From the human T2T-CHM13v2.0 reference genome, Homo sapiens: a stretch of 64,000 bases of DNA. The notes beneath the pieces are model-generated. The model saw only the letters and a program-made list of their open reading frames with translations. It was not told where the DNA came from and searched no databases. Shown here piece after piece: positions 26,341 to 42,392 of the stretch (its first letter is position 1; each line of letters opens with the position of its first letter). A program made the position numbers and the translations under genes. The stretch lies in the NCBI RefSeq assembly GCF_009914755.1, contig NC_060926.1, one strand, 5' to 3'.

Positions 26341-26603
26341 CTTTTGCATAAGAATGATCAAAAAGATGTACATAAAAACAAAGAATTTAGAATGGGAAAC
26401 AAAATGGAAGGAAGTAGGAGGAACAGAGCAGTGAGTCAGTAGTGAGGATGAGGCTTGAGGCTTTACGCCAAGCTCCTGAATGATGTTTATGAGAAAGAAT
26501 TTGACCTCCCTGAGAGGCAGAGTAGAGGTGGGGGAGATTAAGGATTTATTTTACAACATCCTTCTTGCGATAGTTGATTCCTATATTTGTTTTTTCATAC
26601 TAG

Positions 26604-26645
26604 GATAAAGAAGATGCAAGGCTTTGTGAAGACGTTGAAAGAAAG
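26604..26645 (+). CDS. DCDC2C: Internal coding exon (42 nt, phase 0 to 0), DKEDARLCEDVERK
   Basis: ttttttcatactag acceptor and AAG|gtttgt donor; open frame continuing the recalled DCDC2C sequence. Confidence 0.85.
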
Positions 26646-26911
26646 GTTTGTATCAACAACAAATGCTGTAGTTTTGCGTTTTCTATTCTGAAGACAGACC
26701 TAACAAGAGAATCCACGGATCCCCAAATCTTCTCAGGTGCTTTTTAGGAATGTAACTTTTATGCCTCTGTCATACACCCTAGCTCTATTTTCCAGAGTTA
26801 GAAAACAAACTTGGAGGAAAAGAAGCATAATCACGGCCTTTCACATGGGTGGATGGATCCTCAGGAAAGGCAAATAAGAACCAGGAGTAAAAAGCGCCCT
26901 AGGGCAGCGTG

Positions 26912-27052
26912 TGGCTGGCATCTGAAGGTGCAGCTTTTATGATTGCCTGGAAAACCTGGAAAACGCGTTTGAATTATCTGGCAGCTACACCTGTAGTCAC
27001 TCACTTAGGTTTTCCAGGCAGTCATAAAAGCTGCACCTTCAGACGCCAGCCA
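26912..27052. repeat. Inverted repeat, 46-bp arms (44/46 identical), 49-nt spacer
   Basis: 26912-26957 is the reverse complement of 27007-27052 apart from two positions. Confidence 0.92.
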
Positions 27053-27686
27053 TGAAGCTAAGGATGGATGTGCTTGCCTGGCGAGAGCAAGGGAGTGGGG
27101 GGCTCACAGCCCTTGGGAAAGCGGATGTGTAGCTGGGCCGGGAACCACACCTGGCAGCGGAAGGTGCTTCCCCCTAGAAGCGCTGCTCTCCCTGCCGTCA
27201 GCAATAGCTCTGTCCTCAGCAGGACTGAGTTCTCATCCTGAGTTGGTAGATGACTAAGTGATGACAGTGATTTTTGTCTGAATGTGTCAAGTTTCATTTA
27301 TTTAGTCTTTAGTTTTCCTAGACACCTCAGCACTCCGCAAAGGACGTGAGCCCTGAGTGATGACACTTGGGGAGGTTAACCTAACTGAAGCCAGCGTCTG
27401 CACACCCTGGGGACTTGAATCAGCTCTGCCTGGCCTTGGCTGCTTCAGTACCTGCCGGATGTGTGGCTTCGGGAACACTCCTTAAAACCTGATTGCCTCA
27501 GTTTCCTCCTGTATTCAAAGTTTGTCTGTCCAATTGTTTATAACAAAATCAACCTCCAGGAGAGAATATGTGTAAAGTCTGCTTAGCGTTACTACTTTTA
27601 TTCTTATTGTTAGAAATAGCTGACTTGCAAAAATATTCCTGACCATATTATGGGGGAGGGGAACACGTGTGAGCTGCGTCTTGCCT

Positions 27687-28040
27687 ATGCACAGAGCCTC
27701 TGGTGTGGATGTGTCCCACCGAGCACTGAGCCTCCCATGCAGATGTGTCCCGCTTGTGCACAGGGCCTCTCGTGTGGGTGTGTCCCGCCTGTGCACGGAA
27801 CCTCTGATGTGGATGTTTCCCGCCCCCGCCCTCCACGTGCAGTGAACCTCTCGTGCAGATGTGTCCCGCCTGTGCACGGAGCCTCTGGTGTGCGTGTGTC
27901 CCGCCTGTGCACGGAGCCTCCGGTGCGGGTGTGTCCCGCCTGTGCACGGAGCCTCCGGTGCGGGTGTGTCCCGCCTGTGCACGGAGCCTCCGGTGCGGGT
28001 GTGTCCCGCCTGTGCACGGAGCCTCTCGTGTGGATGTGCA
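27687..28040. repeat. CpG-rich minisatellite, 35-bp unit, about 10 copies
   Basis: gcctccggtgcgggtgtgtcccgcctgtgcacgga identical at 27916, 27951 and 27986; more diverged copies upstream. Confidence 0.93.
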
Positions 28041-28604
28041 GGCAGCCTTGTGGCTGGAGGAGCGCTAAATTCCTGTTTTAGCTTTTCCACTAACTTGCTA
28101 GGTGTCCTTTGTTAAGTAACTCGATTGAATCAATCAACAAGCATTTTACATGTTTATAGGTTTACTTACTTTTCAAGAATCAACGAGGCAATGGATTGGA
28201 AAGTTCCTGAAAAGTATAACATATCTATGTTTAAAATGGTGTTTATATTATTTGTTCTTGAGTTAGATAATGAAAGTTTTTGTTCCTCAGCTTGAAATTA
28301 GACACTTGGTTTTCCCCACTCTTAACTCCCTTGTTGAAATCAGTGTAATCCATTTGTTATGTGGCATTCCATCCTCTGGAACTCTCTGCAGCCAACCTAA
28401 GTGCACGTGACTGGGAAAACTAATGTGTATTCATAGTGATGTCCCTGAAGGAAAATAATATCTGGTTTGAATGTCAAGTAATTCTTTGGAGCATTTATCA
28501 CTTGTTTGGCACACAGGTTACTCTTTTAAAGGGAATATTTTACCAAACATAATGTAATGAAAAGAATGCAAATTGGGCCGCATGCAAACTGTGCGCAAAT
28601 AGTT

Positions 28605-28740
28605 TCATTTCTCTGAGCCTCGGTTTCCTTATCTGTAAAAATGAGATAATTTCCAACTTGTGAAATGAGTGTAAAGATTAGAAGTATTTAAAAGTGCCTT
28701 TTCCTTACTCAGTGGTCTGGGGATAAATGCTGTCTACTGT
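28605..28740. mobile_element. MIR fragment
   Basis: ctctgagcctcggtttccttatctgtaaaaatgagataat core. Confidence 0.7.
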
Positions 28741-30059
28741 TGTTACTGGTATTCTCTAATATAATCATGACTCCAATGGAGGTCTAAAGTCTTTGAAAGA
28801 AGGAATGAGATTTTACTCACATTTGCCCTTTTCTCAGCATCGGGCATGCACAATGCCTTACTTACAGTCGACATTAACTATATTTTTAAATGAAATTTTC
28901 TCCTTTGATACCTCACACTAGTTTTAAAATTAAGAATACTTTGTTAAACTATAAACAATTTATGTTGGTTGTAGACTTATTAGAAAATGCAGATAAGAAA
29001 AAAATGAGAAAGTGAAAACCCTGAATTCCTCTGCTCAGAGTCTGTTCTCACTTTTGTGCATGTTCTTCAGGACTGTTTTCCATTTTAAATTTACTTTTTG
29101 TGTAGAGTATTAAGAAGGTTGAAACTTGTCAAATAATAGAAAATTCTATCTTAAGAAATACTAGGAATCAGTATTGAGGATATTTTCAACATTTTAGGTT
29201 TTTTTCTCAGTATACTTCAGAATATTGGTTTTATATATTTGAAATAGATTTAAATGTTTTTGAGCAGAGCTGCCATTCACTTTAAAAACAGCAACAACAA
29301 AACAACAGGCATCATGTACTTACAAGGAATTTTTCCAGATCTATGTTGCAAGTGTTGCTTCCTGGATGTCATCTGCTCTGAATATTTGATCACAAATCAG
29401 AATTTAAAAAGGAAGTTTTATTTTTTCTTCTGAACAAATATTCAATTTGATTTCTCACTGGCTATTTTTTTGACGATAGTGACAAATAGATTTAAGAGAA
29501 GAAAAGTAAACAGATTGAATAATTATCCACTAACAGATTTTAAAATGTAAACTACAATCTTAAATCATGAATCTAAATGTTGAACTATCCTACTTCCATC
29601 CTGTATTGGACAGATAGTAACTTTCTGAAATATAACACCCACAAAGAGCATTCAGAATACACCGGGTGTGTAGTTTGCTGTTTTCATTTTATGTTTTTGC
29701 ACCATAGATTATAATATGAACATATCAGTCACTTCTGACAGCCAAGCAGCACGACAGGATGCCGTAGTGACAAGTTCCAGGTGCAACGTGTATAAGAAGA
29801 TAATTGTGACATTTTTTCCCCCCAAAGGCTTCAGAAATCAAGTATAATTTTGATCAACAATAAATGTGCTATTAGTTAAAAAAAAAGTACCTAACATAAG
29901 ATTTTTAGTATTTGTAGTCATTGATTTGTGACATGGTCTATCTGGGTGCACTTTGTAAGTTTCAGGACAATGTTATGCGTGATCCTATCAAAGCAAAGTC
30001 CTTTTAAATGCATGTTGGAGGCAACATTCACAGCCTGTTAACGTCCTTTGTTAAATGTT

Positions 30060-30185
30060 TTTCTTCCTTTCTTCCGTTTCCCTTTCTTCCTCCCTTCCTT
30101 CCCTCCCTTCCTCCCTTCCTGCCTTCCCTCCCTCCCCCAACCCTCCCTCTCTCCCCCCAACCCTCCCTCCCTCTCTCTCTCTTTC

Positions 30186-30190
<5 letters not shown>
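30060..30190. repeat. Polypyrimidine (CCTT/CCCT) low-complexity tract derived from an Alu tail
   Basis: Seen directly, adjacent to the Alu 3' end. Confidence 0.85.
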
Positions 30191-30476
<286 letters not shown>

Positions 30477-32126
30477 TAGTGGGTTTTGTCTGCCTTTGAA
30501 ACATTTATGTTTTAGCCCATTGGAGAAACAAGAGTGAAAAACTGCCAAGCACCACACAAAACTCCACGTGGCATCCAGAGGCCTTTTTCCTGCCCTATTT
30601 CCAGACTTCCTTTGAACTGAGGACTGGCTCCTGTGCTTCTCTTGAAGAAATGCCTTACAGTAAATAGTACCAATTCTCATCATTGCTCAACTTTATACTG
30701 TATTTATTTATATTTATGACTTGATCTTTCACTCTTTTTCTAATGCCATGCCTCTAATTGTTCTGTGAGTCACCTGTCTCAAGAAACAATTACTCATTCT
30801 GGTCATCTGTTAATGCTCTCATCCTTCAGGAAGCATGCTATTATAATCATGTCATTTTCAAATACTTTGCCTTTTTCCAATTATCCCCCAAGTTATTTTG
30901 TGTTTGCATTCAAGTTTTCAACAACTCTCCATTGGATGGTTAATTTTTTCCTACTAAATGCTCCCTTTATGTGTGGAGCACATCTGCTTATATGTCTCCT
31001 TCTTTCCTGTCCAGGGGTACTGATTGCTCAGAATTTCTTAACTAACTAAGCCTGGGCATTCTAGGGTTAAAGAAAGAGAGATTTGATCCTCTTGTGGCTT
31101 TTAGGCTTTGGTGTTTCATGTTTTTGAAAACTAGGAAATTTTTGACTTTGGGTGGAATCATAATGACAAGAACATAAGAAAATAGAACATAGTGGGTAAC
31201 TTCATAACAGTGGTTATAGAACAGGAGTTATCTATGATTGATTAACGTTGTGTGCTGTTGCATGCTTATTTTCTTACAACAAAAAGAGAGTCATGTCTAT
31301 TTTGCTTTTTAGTCTTCTTGTCTTTATGACTGTACCTCAAATCATAGTGTGCTTAGAAATTCATTGAGGATTGAAATCCACCAGACTGACGAAGGGTCTT
31401 GAAGGAGATAGGTCTTCCCAAGGAGGCTCTCGTGCTTCAGGTGCTCTACAGAAGCTGAGAAACTGTGCGCCTTCTGCCAGTGTTTACCCAGAATGCCCCA
31501 GATGAGAGCAGGTGAAAAAAGTGAGTAGTTGATTTGCTACTAGCTATTAGACAAGTGATAAAACAGTGCAGCCTCTTTAAATGATCAAAGTGGTGGTTTA
31601 TATCAATTGACATAAATAATATTTAAGTGATTTGACATGCTTAAGACATGCTAAGCTCAGAACGTCAGCCATTTTCCATCGCCTGCAGCTACTGATGAAA
31701 ACACCATTTCAGCATCTTACTGAAGTGAAATGCATCCACAGATCCATAACAATCATTTCCTCTCCTTGTGTGCTTTCTCAATCAGTGGAGGGTTTTCATT
31801 TAATTAACATTGCCAGAAATGCCAATAAAACCAGGATCCAGCATTATCTCTGACTCAGGATTTTTGCAACAAAATGACAATGGCATTGATTCATTAATTG
31901 ATTTTTAAAATTAATCGCCTGCCCAGTATCTTTACTGTTTTTTCTCTTTATTATGTTGATACTACTCCATCACCACAGCTAAGTCTTTTATTGCTTCTCT
32001 AAGAGACAAGGTCAATAGCAATCAACATTGGAGTCTCAAAAGTGAAGTCTAAGGTCATTAGTAATGCTAAGTGGTGTCGTGGTGAAATATTAAGCAATGA
32101 AACTTTTAGAAAATTATTTGGTTCTA

Positions 32127-32418
32127 GGCCGGGCGCGGTGGTTCATGCCTGTAATCCTAGCACTTTGGGAGGCCAAGGAGGACAGATCACGAGGTCAGGA
32201 GATCGAGACCATCCTGGCTAACATGGCGAAACCCCGTCTCTACTAAAAATATAAAAAAAATGAGCCAGGCGTGGTGGTGGGCACCTGTAGTCCCAGCTAC
32301 TCGGGAGGCTGAGGCAGGAGAATGGCGTGAACCCGCGAGGCAGAGCTTGCAGGAGCCGAGATCGCGCCACTGCACTCCAGCCTGGGCCACAGAGTGAGAC
32401 TCTGTCTCAAAAAAAAAG
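32127..32418 (+). mobile_element. AluY
   Basis: gatcgagaccatcctggctaacat and ggagaatggcgtgaaccc; TSD similar to agaaaatt(a/t)t(t/g)tggttcta. Confidence 0.95.
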
Positions 32419-32538
32419 AAAATTTTGTGGTTCTAGAAGTAGAAAGCTTGTATCCCTCTATACATAGGAGATTCATTTGGACTCAAATAATAGGAGAAAG
32501 ATTTTCACTTAAAAACAGAAAAGATGCTCTGGGCAGTG

Positions 32539-32720
32539 CTCTTCATGAATAAAACACAAGGTATTGCATTGGCATTTTATAAGAGGCAGTCATGGATGAA
32601 CCAATCGCCTTTTCGTGTGGTGGGCTCCACTCTTCATTAATCAAACACACGGTATTGCATTAGCGTTTTATAAGAGACAGTCACGGATGGACCAATCGCC
32701 TTTTCGTGTGGTGGGCTCCA
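32539..32720. repeat. Two-copy tandem duplication, 91-bp period
   Basis: ctcttcat...ccaatcgccttttcgtgtggtgggctcca occurs twice in tandem. Confidence 0.9.
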
Positions 32721-35169
32721 TGGAAGCAGTTTTGTTGTATTCACGACAATTTTAGAAATCACAACTAGGGTCCTGAAGAAGGAAATGAAATGGTTCCAGT
32801 CTAGCCTGGAGAAGTAGCAAGTGAACAAAGATCAGCGGATGCAGGTCAGTTTTCACCGCCTTGCCTTCCATCTTGGAAGCTTCCCTACTTTCCTCCTGGT
32901 TGCTAGGCTGAGGACTCAAATTCTCATCCTCTTTCCCTCTCCCCAGTGGACTTGGATTTGCTTCCCAGCTTCCCCGGGGGCCTGATGACCCTCACACCTC
33001 TCCAGCACTGTGTTGTTTGCAGTGGCCTGGGTGCCATGCCAAGGCTGGGCCAGCACTCTTCCTCCCCTCCCGCCGGCAGAATGTCTTCTCCTCTAAGCCA
33101 CCCTGTGGGCAGGGTGCAGGATCCAGGCAGTACTCTCATGACACACCGCCACAGGGCATTCTGTGTCCCTCTGGTATATTCAAACTTATTTTTGACCTTG
33201 ACAGTGAAAAGGAAAGGAGATGAGATGAAGCTCGGTGTTCAGGGAGCACCCAATTCCTCAGTAGCCTTTGGCCATTCATTTATTAGTTCATTTTTTTTTT
33301 AATTCACCAGTTATCCACAATATTATCTGTTACAGAAAATTGGTTTTAAGCAGATAGACAAAATTCTTACTTTGGGACATCTGCTATGACATAGACAAAG
33401 AACAGTGATGGGATTTTGCTGTGAGCAAACTCTTAATTAAAAGTGTCAGTGTAGGTATCTCCCGTGGGGTTAGAGGACATTAAAGTAGTTCATAGAACTT
33501 GATGCCTGCCTTGTAACGCCTAAGCAGCAGGAATAGGCCCTGGAGAAAACAGAAACAGTCCCTGCTAGTTCAGCCGGATGGTCTTCTCTGAGCTGTGCAT
33601 CCAGCCCCTGGTGTCTGGGGCTTCAGATTCCATTTCTGTTCTCCACGAGTGGCCCCTTGTCCTACTTCTGTTGGCCTCAGGTTGGCAGGTGTTTATTAAA
33701 ATATGACCACATAATGCACAAGCCATTGTAGTCACAAAAGGAAAGTATTTTATTTGTATTTACTTGGTTTTCCCCATGAGTTACAGAGATCCTCTCTGTA
33801 ACTTTTAAGATATATGAATTATTTCAAATTATAATTATATATATAGTCAATTTACGATGTTTCTGCAAGGTACCAAACAAGCTGGAGTTTAGGTTGTGGT
33901 AACATAGACCTGGTTGTAAATATAAATTTTGGACACAAAAAGTAACATTTCAAATTTTCATTTCTGGGAAGGCTTAATGAGAAATCCTTATTGGCTGCTT
34001 ACACCACACTCTGTGAGGGTACTTTTAGGGGAATTTATTACTTGGTTACCCTAAATTGACAGCCATATTTTGGAGAAAAATGTGTCTTCTCCGATGAGCA
34101 ATTTAAGGAAAGAAAATCAAACGTGAAGAGGAAAGGGACTTGAAAGTCCACAGACACTTTGAATTGACAAATGAGATTGTTCAGGGGCCTTTTTTCTTCA
34201 TATCTTCAGGGAACCTGGCAGCTTTTCCCCAAGACAAAGCCAATGTGAGAAGCAGCTGGGAGTTTTAACTCAGAACTGAGATTCGCCGTTCAGAGTACAT
34301 GGAGATTCCATCCATAAGGTCGTATAATTTCCGTTCAAGGCAAGGCATTTGTTTCTCGTTTGTTCATCTTCAGGATTTGTCTTTATTGATCTTTGAAGGA
34401 GGGGTATCCACGGCGTTGCAAAAAAGAGGTCCATAAATACAAACTCGCATTTGCTGTTTGTAAATAGAATGAAAAGTAAAAGACAGGCCTTAAAAAAAGT
34501 TGTAGTATACCCAAACGCAAATTTACACCTTGATTTACACTTAAGAATACATTTCACAAATTGGTAAATATTGTAGGCACAGATTGCATATGAACTTGAC
34601 AAGCCGTCTGTATACTTGGGATGGACGAAAATGCTCCTAAACATCCTTCAGTGCCGCCTTCTGCATCGGAAGCCTGTGCAGCATTCTTGCCACATGACTT
34701 TGTCACTGCTGTCCAAATGTGTGTCACATACTCTGTGCACCTGCAGCTGACAAATGCGCCTGTGCCAGATGGCCTGGCTCCCTGTCCTGCTGTCCATCAG
34801 CAGAATGGACTGAGTCTGTGGGATCTTACAATTCTGAGCCAGAAACACCACTGGAAATTATTCCTCTCCAGTGCTTTTGTATGAATGGAGGGGAAATGGA
34901 AGTGTCTCTTTGCTAATATCAATACTGTAATTTAAAAATGTTCAGTCATTTCTCTGTTACAATAGAAATGTTTTAAATGAATTCCAAATAGCAGGCATCC
35001 AGTGTCTATCAGGCACGCCACATTCTATGCCAGGTTCAGACACAGATGCAGCAAGGTGTAGACCAGGTCACTGCGTCTAGGCTGCTGTGCTCCTCAGAGA
35101 CAAGAGGCTGTGCAGAAAGGTGGTGGGTGAGGGGGCAGAGGCCAGGTCATGGGCAAGGGGGCTTGAAGC

Positions 35170-35649
35170 ATGTTTTTAATGCAGTCTTTCTATTTTTGCT
35201 TGTGATGTATAAAAATCTCACATAAATATGTACTTGAAAAAGAGAGGAATATTTGAATAGACTTTGTTGATAATTGTGGATATTCTTTGGTACTACACCA
35301 AAACTTGACAAGTGATAGTTTCTTAAAGGTTAGTTACAATGTGGAATCAGAACCCATATCAATGAACTTTTTATTCCCTGTTACATTAAAATCTATTGTT
35401 ATATTCTGTACTTTGAATGCATTTTTACCCATGCAGCATTTTACAACATGATGCATTGGTCATTTGGAAAATATTGGTTCATTGAGTTATGCAAATGTTC
35501 AATGAGTTATGCAAATGTATGACACATTTAATTATACAATACTTAAAAAATCACATGCATTAATATTTTCATCAACATCTTTAGAAAAGACTTTTAGTAT
35601 TGTGACACTGTCAAACACATGTGCATGTTTTGCAAATTTGAAGTTTTTT
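35170..35649. mobile_element. hAT-Charlie1 DNA transposon, left part
   Basis: tactacaccaaaacttgacaagtgatagtttcttaaaggttagttacaatgtggaatc matches Charlie1 as remembered; continues after the L1. Confidence 0.7.
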
Positions 35650-35882
35650 ATTATTATTTTTAAATTTATTTATTATTATTATACTTTAAGTTTTAGGGTA
35701 CATGTGCACAATGTGCAGGTTAGTTACATATGTATACATGTGCCATGCTGGTGCGCTGCACCCATTAACTCGTCATCTAGCATTAGGTATATCTCCCAAT
35801 GCTATCCCTCCCCGCTCCCCCCACCCCACAACAGTCCCCAGAGTATGATGTTCCCCTTCCTGTGTCCATGTGTTCTCATTGC

Positions 35883-39710
<3,828 letters not shown>

Positions 39711-39773
39711 GATGATGTTAGCTGGTTATTTTGCTCGTTAGTTGATGCAGTTTCTTCCTAGTCTCGATGGTCT

Positions 39774-40787
39774 TTACATTTTGGCATGATTTTGCAGCGG
39801 CTGGTACCGGTTGTTCCTTTCCATGTTTAGTGCTTCCTTCAGGAGCTCTTTTAGGGCAGGCCTGGTGGTGACAAAATCTCTCAGCATTTGCTTGTCTGTA
39901 AAGTATTTTATTTCTCCTTCACTTATGAAGCTTAGTTTGGCTGGATATGAAATTCTGGGTTGAAAATTCTTTTCTTTAAGAATGTTGAATATTGGCCCCC
40001 ACTCTCTTCTGGCTTGTAGAGTTTCTGCCGAGAGATCTGCTGTTAGTCTGATGGGCTTCCCTTTGAGGGTAACCCGACCTTTCTCTCTGGCTGTGCTTAA
40101 CATTTTTTCCTTCATTTCAACTTTGGTGAATCTGACAATTATGTGTCTTGGAGTTGCTCTTCTTGAGGAGTATCTTTGTGGCATTCTCTGTATTTCCTGA
40201 ATCTGAATGTTGGCCTGCCTTGCTAGATTGGGGAAGTTCTCCTGGATAATATCCTGCAGAGTGTTTTCCAACTTGGTTCCATTCTCCCCATCACTTTCAG
40301 GTATACCAATCAGATGTAGATTTGGTCTTTTCACATAGTCGCATATTTCTTGGAGGCTTTGCTTGTTTCTTTTTATTCTTTTTTCTCTAAACTTCCCTTC
40401 TCACTTTATTTCCTTCATTTCATCTTCCATTGCTGATACCCTTTCTTCCAGTTGATCGCATCGGCTCCTGAGGCTTCTGCATTCTTCACATAGTTCTCGA
40501 GCCTTGTTTTTCAGCTCCATCAGCTCCTTTAAGCACTTCTCTGTATTGGTTATTCTAGTTATACATTCTTCTAAATTTTTTTCAAAGTTTTCAACTTCTT
40601 TGCCTTTGGTTTGAATTTCCTCCTGTAGCTTGGAGTAATTTGATCATCTGAAGCCTTCTCTCAGCTCGTCAAAGTCATTCTCCATCCAGCTTTGTTCTGT
40701 TGCTGGTGAGGAACTGCGTTCCTTTGGAGGAGGAGAGGTGCTCTGCTTTTTAGAGTTTCCAGTTTTTCTGCTCTGTTTTTTCCCCAT
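39774..40787 (-). pseudogene. L1 ORF1, disrupted
   Basis: ATG at 40787; in-frame TGA at 40646-40644 and 40403-40401 (CGA to TGA); C-terminus ...QNHAKM intact. Confidence 0.92.
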
Positions 40788-41242
40788 CTTTGTGGTTTTA
40801 TCTACTTTTGGTCTTTGATGATGGTGATGTACAGATGGGTTTTTGGTGTGGATGTCCTTTCTGTTTGTTAGTTTTCCTTCTAACAGACAGGACCCTCAGC
40901 TGCAGGTCTGTTGGAGTACCTGGCCATGTGAGGTGTCAGTCTGCCCCTGCTGGGGGGTGCCTCCCAGTTAGGCTGCTCGGGGGTCAGGGGTCAGGGACCC
41001 ACTTGAGGAGGCAGTCTGCCCGTCCTCAGATCTCCAGCTGTGTGCTGGGAGAACCACTGCTCTCTTCAAAGCTGTCAGACAGGGACATTTAAGTCTGCAG
41101 AGGTTACTGCTGTCTTTTTGTTTGTCTGTGCCCTGTCCCCAGAGGTGGAGCCTGCAGAGGCAGGCAGGCCTCCTTGAGCTGTGATGGGCTCCACCCAGTT
41201 CGAACTTCCCAGATGCTTTGTTTACCTAAGCAATCCTGGGCA

Positions 41243-41551
41243 ATGGCGGGCGCCCCTCCCCCAGCCTCGCTGCTGCCTTGCAGTTTGATCTCAGACTGCT
41301 GTGCTAGCAATCAGCAAGACTCCGTGGGTGTAGGACCCTCCGAGCCAGGTGCGGGATATAATCTCGTGGTGCGCCGTTTTTTAAGCCCGTTGGAAAAGCG
41401 CAGTATTCGGGTGGGAGTGACTCGATTTTCCAGGTGCCGTCTGTCACCACTTTCTCTGACTAGGAAAGGGAACTCCCTGACCCCTTGCGCTTCCCGAGTG
41501 AGGCAATGCCTCGCCCTGCTTCAGCTCGCACACGGTGCGCGCACCCACTGA
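41243..41551 (+). CDS. L1 antisense ORF0, open (102 aa); expression unknown
   Basis: MAGAPPPASLLPCSLISDCCASNQ... matches primate L1 ORF0; ATG in gcaATGG context. Confidence 0.6.
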   Translation: MAGAPPPASLLPCSLISDCCASNQQDSVGVGPSEPGAGYNLVVRRFLSPLEKRSIRVGVTRFSRCRLSPLSLTRKGNSLTPCASRVRQCLALLQLAHGARTH

Positions 41552-41713
41552 CCTGCGCCCACTGTCTGGCACTCCCTAGTGAGATGAACCCGGTACCTCA
41601 GATGGAAATGCAGAAATCACCCGTCTTCTGTGTCACTCACTCTGGGAGCTGTAGACCAGAGCTGTTCCTATTCGGCCATCTTGGCTCCTCCCTCTGCAAA
41701 TTTGAAGTTTTTT

Positions 41714-42392
41714 GAATGCTCAAATTTTATTGTTCAACCCAAACACTATCAGTTGTTTTTATAGACATAATAGCCTCATTCTGGGAGAATGCCTGCCAGC
41801 CCCCCAAGAATTAGCAACTATAGTTTGTAGGTTACTTATTCTTTCAAGTAAAGTAGTTCCATGAAACAAGTGTCTAGTTCAGCTTGCAATGTGCACAATC
41901 ACATAAGTGCTTTTTCTTGAGATAATCGTGTGGCTTCAATGCGCACCAGAAGTGCTTCATGAGTTCTTCTCATTTCCTTACACAGGATATTACAAAGGTC
42001 ATGTGCTCAAGGTCAGTGTTTAATAACATTCATAGTTTTCATTCCTTCATGAAGGACATTTTAAGTGACATTGGCATTTTCTCAAACACTGCAAGTGTGT
42101 TGAAGTGAGTGATTTGGTGGCAGTGAGTACGGCTGGGAGCAGTGGCTTTGATTAGTCCTCAGGCACCCATAGCTTTACCTGCCATTGTTTTTGTAGCGTC
42201 AATGCAAATGCCACACAGGGAAGGAGGCCAATGACTCTTAATACTATGATGAGCATAGTTTTGACCTCACTGACCCCTGGAAGGAGAGGCAAATGACTCT
42301 TAGTTCTACAATGAGCATAGTTTCAACTTCACTGATCCCTGGGAGGTTCTATAGATCCCCCAGGAATCCACAACCACCTTTTGGGAAGTTGT
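41714..42392. mobile_element. hAT-Charlie1 DNA transposon, right part
   Basis: ctagttcagcttgcaa...aagtgctttttcttgag...catagttttgacctc...cacctttgggaa terminal region. Confidence 0.7.

Noticed and set aside
27687-28040. CRISPR-like regular repeats (also 17361-17675)
   Set aside because: Head-to-tail units with no unique spacers, no cas genes, primate context.
27515-28115. Several overlapping repetitive ORFs on both strands
   Set aside because: Artefacts of the 35-bp minisatellite.
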